Counted from the stretch's first letter, positions 9,749 through 20,197 are shown. The stretch is 64,000 nucleotides of DNA from Oceanispirochaeta sp. (GCA_963663385.2 CAXXXD010000002.1:832001-896000), one strand, 5' to 3'. Notes: a model not told the origin generated them from the sequence alone. Translations and numbers: made by a program.

Positions 9749-10579
9749 ATGAAAAAAATAATACGAGTTATCCCTTTAATAATCATTTTATTTCTGGCAG
9801 GGTGTTTTTCCCTGCCGGAGGGCGGTTTTTCAGTTTCGGAGCTGGCCGGAAATAAAATATCATCAGCCATGGGGCTGGACGATATGGCTCTGGAAATGCA
9901 GGCGCTGGAGTTTTTTGCCCTGTATGCTGCATACGGATTTTATGGCGGCTATGGGTATGAAACCGGATTTTACGAGGGACAGGGAACCCGCTGGCACACA
10001 AATTCGGCAGATAAAGACGGGGGGCAGAGCAGCTCCGATTACGAACGGATATTCCTGAAGGATATGGGTGACGGCAGCGGATGGTGGCGCCTTGCTGTGG
10101 AGAATGAACAGGAAAGAGCCGAATACGAGTACCTCTTGGGGCCTGAATCAGAATTCCTTGCTGTCCGTTTCAGAGATCCTGAAACCGGAGAGATTGTGGA
10201 GTATATTCCCGAACAGACAGAGGAGCCCGAATCGGATGAAGCCGCTGCGGCGGGACTGGAAGACGGATCTGATGAAGATATGACCTATGACGATGACATG
10301 GAGGAGTATGAAAACCTGGAATACTCACAGTACAGTATGGGAAGTGAAAAAATAACCGTTGGAGCAGGAACTTTTACAGCAGAGCATATGGTTTCGGAGT
10401 ACAAGGATGATTCCAGTGCGGAAGATCCCGTAGATATCCGCTCTGACTGGTGGATTGTGGAAACCGTGCCCGGGGGGACTGTTAAATATAAGTGGGTCAA
10501 TAATGCCGAAGGCGGAACCATGGACAGCGAATTGACTAAGCTCCTGACTGGACAAACCACCATCTTTGAATCCTATTGA
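9749..10579 (+). CDS. Acidic lipoprotein of unknown function
   Basis: SD AGGAG; MKK + hydrophobic stretch + LAGC lipobox; ITVGAGTF motif. Confidence 0.75.
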   Translation: MKKIIRVIPLIIILFLAGCFSLPEGGFSVSELAGNKISSAMGLDDMALEMQALEFFALYAAYGFYGGYGYETGFYEGQGTRWHTNSADKDGGQSSSDYERIFLKDMGDGSGWWRLAVENEQERAEYEYLLGPESEFLAVRFRDPETGEIVEYIPEQTEEPESDEAAAAGLEDGSDEDMTYDDDMEEYENLEYSQYSMGSEKITVGAGTFTAEHMVSEYKDDSSAEDPVDIRSDWWIVETVPGGTVKYKWVNNAEGGTMDSELTKLLTGQTTIFESY

Positions 10580-11925
10580 TGAAGCATCCTTTTAAAAAAT
10601 CCCCTTCCTGGTGCCTTGTTCTGAGCGGAGGAGGGGCCAAAGGGGTCTACCATATCGGCGCCTGGAGAGCCCTGAAAGAACTGGGTATTGAAGTAAATGC
10701 CTTTATCGGGAATTCCATAGGCGCCATAATGGCCGGGTTTCTTGCCCAGGGTAAAGACAGGGAACTTGAAGACATCGGCAACCGGATAGGGATCGACTAT
10801 ATCATGAAGGTTCCCGATGAACTGATAGAGAACGGAGAACTGAAAATCGGCCGGGGACAGCTCCCGGCTTTCCGGGCATTCTACCACAGCTTCATACAGA
10901 AAAAGGGGATTGATGTCAGTCCCATGAGACGTCTGCTTTACGATAACCTGAATGAAGAGGAAATCCGGAAATCCGGAAATGATCTGGGGGTTGTCACCTT
11001 TAACGTCACTGATATAAGGGCCGTTAAAACCTATCTGGATGAGATGGAGGAAGGTACGGTTCTGGAATACCTGATGGCCAGCGCCGCCTTCCCGGGGCTG
11101 GAGCAGACCGTTATCAGGGGGAAGAAGTTTATTGACGGTGGTGTGTACGACAATCTTCCCTATGACATGGCCACAAGAAGGGGGTACCGGAATATCATTA
11201 TTCTGGATATTTCCGGTATGGGAATAAACCGCCGCCCTGAAATACAGGGTACCAATACAATCTATATAAAAAATTCCATCAATATGGGAGGTGTCTTCGA
11301 TTTCAACCGGGAGTTTCTGGACAGTTTTAAAGAACTGGGCTACCTGGACACTCTCAAAACTTTCAACCGGCTGAAGGGGTACCGCTATTTTATCGAACCG
11401 GATAGACGTTTTGAAAAACTGCTTTACAGGAAAATCCGGAATGAAGCCGTGCAGGTATACCTTGAGGGGCTGCTGCCTCCCGCAAAAAAGGGAGCCCCGG
11501 AAGTGGATATCGAACTGCATATCAGAAAGGTATTGCCCGAGGAGATGCAGAAAAACAGGGAACTCCTCTACAGCCTGGCAGACTGTACGGCTTCCGTCTT
11601 CTCTCTTGAACGGATCCGAAAGTATACAATTCAGGAGATAATGGATCTGGCGGAGGAGAGGCTTTGGCTTGTGGAGAAAAAAATCCGGGAGTTGAAAACT
11701 TCGATTACCGGGGATGAAGTATCACAGTTGATGAAGACCCTGTCGGTCTTCTTTAAAGAGGCGGGAAATCCGGAAGAGGAACTGGAGTCTCCCTATTACT
11801 ACTACCGGCTTGTTCAGGATGTTCTGGAGCAGAGTGATAGCTCCCTTCTGATGAAAGCCCTCTTCAGCCATTATGAGGTTTTGCGGGGGGGACTTCTGTT
11901 TCTGGATATTATGGAGAGCGGCTGA
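10576..11925 (+). CDS. Patatin-like phospholipase
   Basis: GGGAKG, GNSIG (GxSxG) and DGG motifs. Confidence 0.88.
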   Translation: MMKHPFKKSPSWCLVLSGGGAKGVYHIGAWRALKELGIEVNAFIGNSIGAIMAGFLAQGKDRELEDIGNRIGIDYIMKVPDELIENGELKIGRGQLPAFRAFYHSFIQKKGIDVSPMRRLLYDNLNEEEIRKSGNDLGVVTFNVTDIRAVKTYLDEMEEGTVLEYLMASAAFPGLEQTVIRGKKFIDGGVYDNLPYDMATRRGYRNIIILDISGMGINRRPEIQGTNTIYIKNSINMGGVFDFNREFLDSFKELGYLDTLKTFNRLKGYRYFIEPDRRFEKLLYRKIRNEAVQVYLEGLLPPAKKGAPEVDIELHIRKVLPEEMQKNRELLYSLADCTASVFSLERIRKYTIQEIMDLAEERLWLVEKKIRELKTSITGDEVSQLMKTLSVFFKEAGNPEEELESPYYYYRLVQDVLEQSDSSLLMKALFSHYEVLRGGLLFLDIMESG

Positions 11926-11928
11926 GCT

Positions 11929-12681
11929 TCAGATGTCGCCTTTGGGAGGGTCAAAAAAGATAATGGCCCTTTTGCTGTCCGTATCTCTCAGGGGACGGAG
12001 ACGGACGATATAATCTGTTCTGCCGATGGTAAAGGGCAGACGGAATTCCGACCAGTAATTTCCGGTCTTATCCATAAGGATTGTAACAAGGTCTCTTTGC
12101 AGCTCTATACTCTGCCCCTCTGCGGCTATTTTAAACTTGTAGATATCATTGCTGATAAGACAACGAAACTCCTTGTCTACCACCAGTGCCGCCTGGGGAA
12201 GAACATTAAGGATGGCAGTAGAGAGAACAAGATCCTCCTCTCTGTCTTTTTTTATCTCCTGAAAGGCCGCCAGTATGGACTTCATGGACTTCCGGTTGGC
12301 TTCACCTGTTTTAAACTTCTCAACGCATTCTTCTATTATTTCAAGCAGGTCCTGTCTCTTCCAGGATGTCTTCAGGGCGGCGCAGATATCTTTTTTTCTT
12401 ATGGCATTCTGTATTCTTTCTGAATCCGCCTGTCTGCTGATCAGACAGCGGACAGTGTCGGGGTAGCGATGCTTTACGGATTTCAGAAATTCCAGTCCGC
12501 TTTTATCCGGCAGATCTTCGTGACAAACCAGGATACTGGCGGGGTGTTTCTGCATGGCGTGTACTGCCTCTTTGCAGTTTATGGCAATATGTACTCTGTA
12601 ACTCTCATTTTTCAGATAGCTTTTTATCGATTTCAGCTCTTCATCATTTTGATTAATCGCCAGTACTACCGGTTTCCCCAC
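11929..12681 (-). CDS. Atypical (pseudo-)receiver domain protein
   Basis: N-terminal REC-like pattern (LPDKSGLEFLKSVK..YPDTVR) with degenerate phospho-acceptor residues. Confidence 0.65.
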   Translation of the reverse strand: MGKPVVLAINQNDEELKSIKSYLKNESYRVHIAINCKEAVHAMQKHPASILVCHEDLPDKSGLEFLKSVKHRYPDTVRCLISRQADSERIQNAIRKKDICAALKTSWKRQDLLEIIEECVEKFKTGEANRKSMKSILAAFQEIKKDREEDLVLSTAILNVLPQAALVVDKEFRCLISNDIYKFKIAAEGQSIELQRDLVTILMDKTGNYWSEFRLPFTIGRTDYIVRLRPLRDTDSKRAIIFFDPPKGDI

Positions 12682-12829
12682 TTCATGTAACCTCGTATTT
12701 TATGGATTTTCTGTGTTCCGCATAATTAATTATGATAAATAAAATCCGAAAAATCAAAAAAGAACATAAAATTACGGATAAATAAGGGAAAATCAATTTC
12801 CGGTATTCCGCAGGTCTTATTTTGATGGT

Positions 12830-14851
12830 TCAGCCATTTTCCCTGGATTTGAAAAGGTAGACCTGGCTGGTTTTATCTGTGGGCAGATCTGTCAATATTT
12901 CTTCAAATACTTTTTCAGCTTCCTTAAAATTCTCATTGTTGTATAGAGTAAGCGCTTTATAAAAAGTTTCTTTCAGTCTTTTTTTGGCTGTCAGGGTTTC
13001 CGGGCTGTCCGTATTGAAAATTTCAAATATCGGGACGGGTGCACTTTTTCCCTTCAGGTAGATCTGACCTATGTAACGCTCCTCAATGGACTCTCTGTTC
13101 TGCAGAATATCCCATGAGGCTTCGCTGATGGCAATGCTCATACCGTACTCTTTGGTCAGGGATTCGATACGGGCGCAAAGGTTTACCGAATCGGAAATCA
13201 CCGTGCTGTCCATGCGTTCATTCTCGCCTATGGTCCCCAGCATCAGTGAACCGGTATGAATCCCTATCCCTATTCTGATCGGTTCATATCCGAAATTTCC
13301 CCTGTGGCTGTTGTATACTTTAATTTCCTCCTGGATCTGTATGGCCGCTTCCACAGCCGAATCGGCGGAATCCGGAAAAAGGGCCATTATGCCGTCGCCT
13401 ACGTATTTATCTATAAAACCGCCGAACTGCCGGATCACGGGACCGATCCGTTTCAGATAGGAGTTTAAAAAGAGGAAGTTCTCCTTGGGTGTCAGATGCT
13501 CCGACAGTGTGGTAAAGTCCCGGATATCACAGAACATAATGGTCATATCGGTCTGGGTATGGTCCCCCAGCTGTACTTCTGTAATTGTGTCCTTTCCCAT
13601 ATATTCCAGAAATTCCTCCGGAACGAAACGTCTGAAAGAACTGTTTGTTTCGGCCAGTTTACAGGTCAGCTTTTCGGCATTGGAAAAGGCCCGTCCAATA
13701 TTCCAGCTGAGCAGGGCGGCCTGGGATATTATAAAAAGGGCCAGACCTACGGGAACAATATGGGCTGTCTGAATCAGCCCCTGGGCGTAGAAAATGTCAT
13801 TAGCGGCAGTAAACAGAAGAACAAGGAATCCGGACAGTGTGACTATCGCCGAAGCATTCCTTTTCAAGGCGTAGAAGATAATGACGGCAAATATAATTCC
13901 ACTGATGACAAGAGCCAGAGTCTGATAGAAAACAAGGAACTGAATATAGAAATGGTGTTCCGTCAGGAGAACCAGGCATATAAATAGAGCACTTATATAA
14001 TAAACCGGCAGAAAAACAAACCGGCTCCACTTAAAGGGATACTCAATTGTAATAAAGCGGAGAAAAAGGGGGACGGACAGATAGAAAGTCAGATGTCCCA
14101 GGATATTCTCCAGATCTACCGGCATGATGGGGTAGAACAGCAGAAGGAGATGCTCCCCGTATAGTATGGTCCTGAAGCCGAGTACAATCGAAAAAAGACC
14201 GAAGTACAGGGAGGCTCTGTCATCTTTCCTGGTCAGATAGAAACTCAGGTAGAGCATACCGGTAATGAAAAGAACACCGAACAGAAATGCCTCGAAAATA
14301 ACTTTACGGTTTTTATTCCTTATGAGTGTCTGTAAAGAACCGATTTCAAAGGCATCTGTGATGCCTCCGTGAATATCATTGTAATTGGAAACCTGATAGA
14401 GGATATTCAGTTCCCGACCTGCCGGGAGCTGTCGGACCGACAGGTCGTCCCTGTTCCGGTTAAGGGTATCATCCGGACCGGGACTGCCGTTCTCCAGGAG
14501 CATAATGCCGTTCACATACATTCTGTACTGATTGAGGGAAAAACGGGTCCTGATCCCCAGGGGAAAGGACACGTCCGGCAGGAGAACTGTCATATGATAG
14601 GTAGCATACCCGTCCGGAGGGTAATCGCCGGATATATTCCAGGCTCCGGGTACTCTGATAAGCTGTGTTTTTTCCGGGAGTGAAATCCCCGGGGGAAGAA
14701 TTTTTTTCCAGTAGAAGTCCCATTCCCCTTCCAGACTCACGATCCGGTTCTGTAAATCACACGCCCTGAAATCCAGGACTGCCGTTTGGGAGAACACCGG
14801 TATTAAAAGAACATGTATATAGATCAGCAGCAATAGTATCTTTTTAATCAT
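12830..14851 (-). CDS. Membrane adenylate/guanylate cyclase with 7TM-DISM-type sensor
   Basis: LEGEWDFYW/VPGAW extracellular domain, about 7 TM helices, FCDIRDFT, KYVGD, DSVNLCARIE. Confidence 0.88.
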   Translation of the reverse strand: MIKKILLLLIYIHVLLIPVFSQTAVLDFRACDLQNRIVSLEGEWDFYWKKILPPGISLPEKTQLIRVPGAWNISGDYPPDGYATYHMTVLLPDVSFPLGIRTRFSLNQYRMYVNGIMLLENGSPGPDDTLNRNRDDLSVRQLPAGRELNILYQVSNYNDIHGGITDAFEIGSLQTLIRNKNRKVIFEAFLFGVLFITGMLYLSFYLTRKDDRASLYFGLFSIVLGFRTILYGEHLLLLFYPIMPVDLENILGHLTFYLSVPLFLRFITIEYPFKWSRFVFLPVYYISALFICLVLLTEHHFYIQFLVFYQTLALVISGIIFAVIIFYALKRNASAIVTLSGFLVLLFTAANDIFYAQGLIQTAHIVPVGLALFIISQAALLSWNIGRAFSNAEKLTCKLAETNSSFRRFVPEEFLEYMGKDTITEVQLGDHTQTDMTIMFCDIRDFTTLSEHLTPKENFLFLNSYLKRIGPVIRQFGGFIDKYVGDGIMALFPDSADSAVEAAIQIQEEIKVYNSHRGNFGYEPIRIGIGIHTGSLMLGTIGENERMDSTVISDSVNLCARIESLTKEYGMSIAISEASWDILQNRESIEERYIGQIYLKGKSAPVPIFEIFNTDSPETLTAKKRLKETFYKALTLYNNENFKEAEKVFEEILTDLPTDKTSQVYLFKSRENG

Positions 14852-14982
14852 ACAACTGAATAATAAACTATTTTTCCGTTTTCTCTATCAATTAATTCTG
14901 TCAGACTGTTTTTTTCTATCATTTTTTCAAGTTGATCATCCGGTATTCCGTCTCTGTACTCCCGACTGTCTCATTTCGGGAT

Positions 14983-16017
14983 TTAAGGAATAGAAAGGCC
15001 GGAGTTATCCGGTTGTACCTGACTGCTCAGCCGTTCAATCAGGCGGGTTTCGACGGTATAATTACGGAGGGGCGTATTTTCATTTTCAAGGGTCCCGATC
15101 AGCAGGTCAGCCGCTTTACGTCCCAGTTCTTCCGATTGAATATCCATTGTTGTCAGAGCAGGAGAGAGAAAACTTCCTTTTGCAGTATTGTTAAAACCCG
15201 AAACCGGCAGGAATAAGCCTTTCTGCTTCAGCAGGGAAAGGGCTCCGATTATCAGATAATCATCCGCTCCTGCTACAGCCTCCGGTTTTCCTGCAGATAA
15301 GAGTACCTCCATCCCTCTGAATCCGTCAGCTTCCTGAAAATCATCCGCCAGATGAATCAGAGTCTCATCAGGTGTTATTCCCCGCTCTTTCAGGGCTTTC
15401 TTATAGCCTTCCAAACGGTTGCGGGTTACCCGGTAAGTCAGGGGACCGCCCATAAAGGCGATACGGCGCAACCCTTTATTCAGAAAATGATTTACCATAT
15501 CGTACATAGCTTTCTGATTGTCATTATCCACCCACAGGGCATGGGTGTACTTTGTATCGGGTCTGCCGATCACCACATAGGGAAAGCGTTTTTTTTCCAG
15601 ATAAACCATACTTTTGTCATCATCCCGCGCAGTGGTGAGTATTACGCCGTCCACAATATTCTGGCTGACAAACTGTTCCAGGCTTTCAACTTCCTCCTCT
15701 TCACTGCAGACAAAGGAGTACAGTATGTTATATCCGCAATGACGGGCCTGGATACTGAGCCCCCGCATGGCCTGCATAATAAAGGGTTTGATAAAAAGGT
15801 TCTTCTCCGAATCGGGGATTATCAGTCCCAGGGTCTGGGTCTTTCCCTTTGCCAGGCTCCGGGCTGCCGCGTTGGGGTGGTAACCCAGTTCATCCATAGC
15901 GAGACGGACCCTGTCCCGTGTATCCCGGCTGATTTTGGGATTATTATGTATAACCCGGCTTACTGTGGAGGGAGCCACCCCCGCTTTTTCTGCAACATCC
16001 TTAATTGTAATCCCCAC
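14983..16017 (-). CDS. LacI-family transcriptional regulator
   Basis: TIKDVAEKAGVAPSTVSRV HTH; YHPNAAARSL hinge. Confidence 0.93.
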   Translation of the reverse strand: MGITIKDVAEKAGVAPSTVSRVIHNNPKISRDTRDRVRLAMDELGYHPNAAARSLAKGKTQTLGLIIPDSEKNLFIKPFIMQAMRGLSIQARHCGYNILYSFVCSEEEEVESLEQFVSQNIVDGVILTTARDDDKSMVYLEKKRFPYVVIGRPDTKYTHALWVDNDNQKAMYDMVNHFLNKGLRRIAFMGGPLTYRVTRNRLEGYKKALKERGITPDETLIHLADDFQEADGFRGMEVLLSAGKPEAVAGADDYLIIGALSLLKQKGLFLPVSGFNNTAKGSFLSPALTTMDIQSEELGRKAADLLIGTLENENTPLRNYTVETRLIERLSSQVQPDNSGLSIP

Positions 16018-16030
16018 TATCAGTCCTTTG

Positions 16031-16044
16031 TGAAAGCGTTTGCA
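16031..16044. promoter_or_regulatory. LacI-type operator (probable autorepression site)
   Basis: TGAAAGCGTTTGCA matches TGnAAnCGnTTnCA and lies between the TAGACA/TATACT promoter and the SD of the LacI gene. Confidence 0.7.
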
Positions 16045-16086
16045 TTGCTGAGTATACTCCAGAGCCGACTGAACTGTCTATCCGGT

Positions 16087-16115
16087 TTGCTCTGAGGTCG
16101 GCTTTTATATATACT
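16087..16115 (+). promoter_or_regulatory. sigma70 promoter of the histidine kinase gene (leaderless)
   Basis: TTGCTC-17-TATACT, 7 nt before ATG 16123. Confidence 0.55.
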
Positions 16116-16122
16116 CGGAATT

Positions 16123-17388
16123 ATGAGCGAAAAAAGAATTGTTGTCCTTTTTCTGATTCTCATTTTTATTCTGCTCTCCGTAATGAGCAGTATGATTATG
16201 GTCAGTCAGGTTCAGAAAAAAATGGTCTCCTTCCTTCTGGAGAATGAAAAACTGATGAACAGACTGTATCAGCTGCACCGGGAGGGCGAGCTGAGCGAAG
16301 CGGATATCCCCGAGAATATAAAAGGGTTGGGGCTGTACAATTTTTACAGGGAGCCTCTCTTTCTGATCGGGAGCGCCGGAGAAGTCCTTGAACATAAAGG
16401 GGAGGATAAACCCTATTTTGATAAAGAGAGAGATACTATCATTCTTAACCGGGATCTTTTAAATCCCTTTATTCCCATGCTGGGGAATGATCAGCTGATT
16501 GAAAAAATACATGAAGAGATGACAGGCCGGGCCAGCTCCGCCTCAGCGGATGTGAAGAAAAAGATGGTCCGGTATATCTCTGTAGAGATTGCCGATACGC
16601 CGATAAAGTACTTTATACTCCGATACAGAATTATTATCGGCCTGATTATCCTGATGATTCTGGCTCTGATCCTCTACATCGGGCACCTCTCCTTCCGGAA
16701 TCTCCGTTACAGGGAGAAGATTGAATCCCAGGAGCGTCTTGTCCTGCTTGGGACCGCTGCCCGGACCTTTACCCATGAAGTGAAGAACCCCCTGAGCAGT
16801 ATCCGTCTTCAAACCGCCATCATTGCCCGGTCCGGATGCTCCCTTCACAGTTCTTCCCTGGAAATCATCAATGAGGAGGTGAACCGGCTGGCCTCCATGA
16901 CCGAACGGATAGGCGATTTTCTGCGCCATCCCGTGGGGAACCCCTGCAAAACCGATCTGCGGGGGGAAATAGAGCGTATCCTGCAGAGAAGAGGAGAGCT
17001 TTCCATCCTGTCCGATAGAACAGAGCGTAACTCCTTTTATGTATGGATAGATCCCGAAAGGCTTGGCTCTGTTATAGACAACCTCCTGAATAATGCCGGT
17101 GAGAGCGGTTCCGATCCGGACAAAATTCGTCTCACCCTCGAGCAGAGGGGACAGGATGCCCTGATAAGCGTTAAGGATGAGGGAACGGGGATTCCCCCTG
17201 AAAACCTCGAACGTATTTTCGATCCCTTTTTTACAACCAAATCCAAAGGGTCCGGAGTGGGGCTCTCCATTATACACAGTTTTATCCAGGCCGTAGACGG
17301 CTCGGTCGGAATCGAATCGGTGCCGGGATCCGGCACGGAAGTGATTGTCTCCCTGCCATTAATGAAGGAAAGCAAATGCATATCCTGA
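16123..17388 (+). CDS. Sensor histidine kinase
   Basis: Two TM helices; H-box THEVKNPL; N, G1 (DEGTGI), F and G2 (GSGVGL) boxes. Confidence 0.92.
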   Translation: MSEKRIVVLFLILIFILLSVMSSMIMVSQVQKKMVSFLLENEKLMNRLYQLHREGELSEADIPENIKGLGLYNFYREPLFLIGSAGEVLEHKGEDKPYFDKERDTIILNRDLLNPFIPMLGNDQLIEKIHEEMTGRASSASADVKKKMVRYISVEIADTPIKYFILRYRIIIGLIILMILALILYIGHLSFRNLRYREKIESQERLVLLGTAARTFTHEVKNPLSSIRLQTAIIARSGCSLHSSSLEIINEEVNRLASMTERIGDFLRHPVGNPCKTDLRGEIERILQRRGELSILSDRTERNSFYVWIDPERLGSVIDNLLNNAGESGSDPDKIRLTLEQRGQDALISVKDEGTGIPPENLERIFDPFFTTKSKGSGVGLSIIHSFIQAVDGSVGIESVPGSGTEVIVSLPLMKESKCIS

Positions 17389-18707
17389 TAGTTGATGATG
17401 AGAAGAATATCCGGGAAAGCCTCAGGATGATCCTGGAACAGGAGGGGTATGAAATCAGCACCGCTGAGAACGGTCTTTCCGCTCAGCGGCTTCTGAAGGA
17501 AAATCGTTTTGATGCGGGAGTTTTCGATCTGAAAATGCCCGGAATGGACGGTCTGGAACTTCTTCAGTGGCTGCGGGAGAGTGAAACGGCCATGCCCGTG
17601 ATTATGATATCCGCTTTTGGAGAGGTTAAAGATGCGGTTGCCGCTATGAAGAGCGGGGCTGAGGATTATATCACCAAACCCTTCGATCCGGATCTGCTTA
17701 TAGAAAAGGTCCGGCTTCTGGAGCTGTCCCGGACCAGGGAGGCCGGGTTTGAAAGGGGCCGGACCGGAGGGGCGGATCCTTTTTTTCTGGGTAACGGAAC
17801 CGCTGCGGAAAAGCTCTATAAGCGCATGGAGAGGATTTCCCGGACACGGTCCAATGTGCTGATTACCGGTGAGAGCGGTTCGGGGAAAGAAGTTACCGCC
17901 CGGCTGATCCACAACTGGTCCGATCAGAAGGATGCCCCCTTTACGGCCGTCAATATCGGGGGCCTTCCGGAAAGTCTTCTGGAAAGCGAGCTTTTCGGTT
18001 ATGAGAAGGGAGCCTTTACCGGGGCGGACAGGCAGAAGCCCGGGCTTTTTGAAATGGCCGCCGGGGGAACCCTTTTCCTGGATGAAATAGGAGAGATGCC
18101 TCTGGCTCTGCAGGTAAAACTCCTCCGGGTTCTTCAGGATAGGAGTTTTCGCCGCCTGGGAGGTTTGAATGACCTTTCAATCGACTCCCGCATTATTACG
18201 GCGACTAACCGTAATCTGGAGCAGATGGTTGTGGAGGGGACCTTCCGGGAGGATCTTTACTACCGGCTGAACGTCGCCCGTCTGGCAATTCCGCCTCTCA
18301 GAGAGAGACGGGATGACCTGCCCCGGCTGACCGGTTTCCTCCTGGAAAAACTGAACCGCAAGATGGGGACGGAGGTAAAAGGTCTCAGCAGGGAAGCCTG
18401 GGAGAAACTGAAGGGGTATGCCTTTCCCGGGAATATCCGGGAACTGGAGAACCTGCTGGAGCGAAGTATGATTTTTGCCGAAAGCGAACTGCTGGGGGCG
18501 GAGGAGCTGGAACTGAGGCCGGATAGCGGTCCTGTATCAGCTCCGGTTCCGGCAGAAGGCGGGCGGACCCTTAAGGATCTGGAGCGGGAATCCATCCTGA
18601 CTGCTCTCAGGCGCTGGGAAGGGAATCGCAGCCATGCTGCCAAAGAGCTGGGAATTTCCCGCCGGACAATTATAAATAAAATTAAAGAGTACGGTCTGGA
18701 CGGATAA
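17376..18707 (+). CDS. Sigma54-dependent response regulator (NtrC/AtoC/ZraR family)
   Basis: REC (LIVDDE, DLKMP), GESGSGKE, GAFTGA, Fis-type HTH. Confidence 0.95.
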   Translation: MHILIVDDEKNIRESLRMILEQEGYEISTAENGLSAQRLLKENRFDAGVFDLKMPGMDGLELLQWLRESETAMPVIMISAFGEVKDAVAAMKSGAEDYITKPFDPDLLIEKVRLLELSRTREAGFERGRTGGADPFFLGNGTAAEKLYKRMERISRTRSNVLITGESGSGKEVTARLIHNWSDQKDAPFTAVNIGGLPESLLESELFGYEKGAFTGADRQKPGLFEMAAGGTLFLDEIGEMPLALQVKLLRVLQDRSFRRLGGLNDLSIDSRIITATNRNLEQMVVEGTFREDLYYRLNVARLAIPPLRERRDDLPRLTGFLLEKLNRKMGTEVKGLSREAWEKLKGYAFPGNIRELENLLERSMIFAESELLGAEELELRPDSGPVSAPVPAEGGRTLKDLERESILTALRRWEGNRSHAAKELGISRRTIINKIKEYGLDG

Positions 18708-18803
18708 CCCTTTCTGTGCAAATCCTGTTTCCTGTGAAAATACTGCGCACCAGACTTTTCAACATTCCCTTTCCAACAGGGACATTCCTTTTATCAGATT
18801 GAA

Positions 18804-18820
18804 TTGGCATAATTCATGCT
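18804..18820 (+). promoter_or_regulatory. Sigma54 -24/-12 promoter of the efflux operon
   Basis: TTGGCATAATTCATGCT: GG-N10-GC spacing, directly downstream of a sigma54 activator gene. Confidence 0.8.
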
Positions 18821-18863
18821 GAGGATTCAGCATCCAATTCTGCAAATAAAGAGGAAGCTGAAT

Positions 18864-20177
18864 ATGAATAAAAACTATCTGATACCATTACTGTTTTTTC
18901 TGCTGGCCGGAACCGTACTTCTGTCGGCGGAAGACGTTCTGGTCCTGACAGAACAGGATGCGGTCGATATGGCTGTGGGACGTAACCTGAGTCTTCAGTC
19001 TGCCCGTCTGGATGTGGAGAGCAGCGAAGAGGCTGTAAAGAACAGCTGGAATGTTGTTCTGCCGACTTTTTCCGCCAGCGCGGGTGTGTCCCGTTCCGGG
19101 GCGGTCTTTACGGATCCCCTTCCAACCGCCAGCGATACATGGGGTGTCAATACCTCTCTCTCGGCGGAACTCGGTCTGAATGCAACCGCCCTGTTTTCCA
19201 TAGAGGGGGCCAAACTGTCGGATCAGACCCGGCACCTTTCCTATGAGATGGAGCAGACCATGCTCATTATCAATGTTAAAAAGCAGTTTAACTATCTCGT
19301 GGCCAACAAGGAGAACCTGGCTCTGCAGGAGAAAAACCTGGAACTGGCTGAAAAACGCTATGAACAGACTCTGGTCAACTATGAAAACGGACTGGCATCG
19401 GAGTTAAGCGTTCTGGAAGCCCGCAACTCCTACGAGAGCATGCGACCGGCCTATACCAATACAAAAACAGCCTACGAAACTCAGTTAATGGCGTTCAGGA
19501 AAATGCTGAGCATTGATCTGGAACAGGAAGTCGATGTTGAAGGTTTCATGGAGTTTTCTCCTCTGGATCTGGATGCGAAAAAGCTGATTGATACTTTTAT
19601 GATGAACCGTTTTGATATACAGCTTGCCATCAAGACGATGGATGTTGATGAAAACATCCTGTCCATGACTAAAACGGGCAGCCTGACCCCCTCTCTCATT
19701 TTAAGCGGCAGCTGGAGCAGCAATGCCGCGGACGCCGGCGATCCGGACTGGATCGACTCCGCATCGGTTTCCGCTATGGTCAGCCTGCCCCTGAACGGTT
19801 TTATTCCCGGTTCTTCCGAGAACCTGGATATCCGGGATGCCGAACGTTCCATCGAAAAGGCCCGGCTCTCCCTGGAAGATACAATTGAAGGAGCCGAACA
19901 GGATATCCGTTCCCTTCTGATGGAACTGGACGGTTACAGGGAGAATATGGAGATAACCGGTTTAAGCGTGGAACTGGCCCGGAAAACCTATGAAATGACC
20001 GAAGAGGCCTATCGCCTGGGAACCAGGGAAATACTGGATGTGGAAGATGCGCAGAATAAACTGCTCTCCGCCAATCAGGATCTCCTGTCCAGCCGCTACA
20101 GCTACCTGTCGGGGCTGCTGGATCTGGAATACGCCCTTAACGCTTCTTTGGATGAAATACGGGCTGTAAAATTATAA
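18864..20177 (+). CDS. TolC-family outer membrane efflux protein
   Basis: Signal peptide; repeated OEP motifs (YENGLASELSVLEA, YRLGTREILDVEDA). Start after SD GAGG. Confidence 0.88.
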   Translation: MNKNYLIPLLFFLLAGTVLLSAEDVLVLTEQDAVDMAVGRNLSLQSARLDVESSEEAVKNSWNVVLPTFSASAGVSRSGAVFTDPLPTASDTWGVNTSLSAELGLNATALFSIEGAKLSDQTRHLSYEMEQTMLIINVKKQFNYLVANKENLALQEKNLELAEKRYEQTLVNYENGLASELSVLEARNSYESMRPAYTNTKTAYETQLMAFRKMLSIDLEQEVDVEGFMEFSPLDLDAKKLIDTFMMNRFDIQLAIKTMDVDENILSMTKTGSLTPSLILSGSWSSNAADAGDPDWIDSASVSAMVSLPLNGFIPGSSENLDIRDAERSIEKARLSLEDTIEGAEQDIRSLLMELDGYRENMEITGLSVELARKTYEMTEEAYRLGTREILDVEDAQNKLLSANQDLLSSRYSYLSGLLDLEYALNASLDEIRAVKL

Positions 20178-20197
20178 ATCAATAATCGGAGGAAAAA

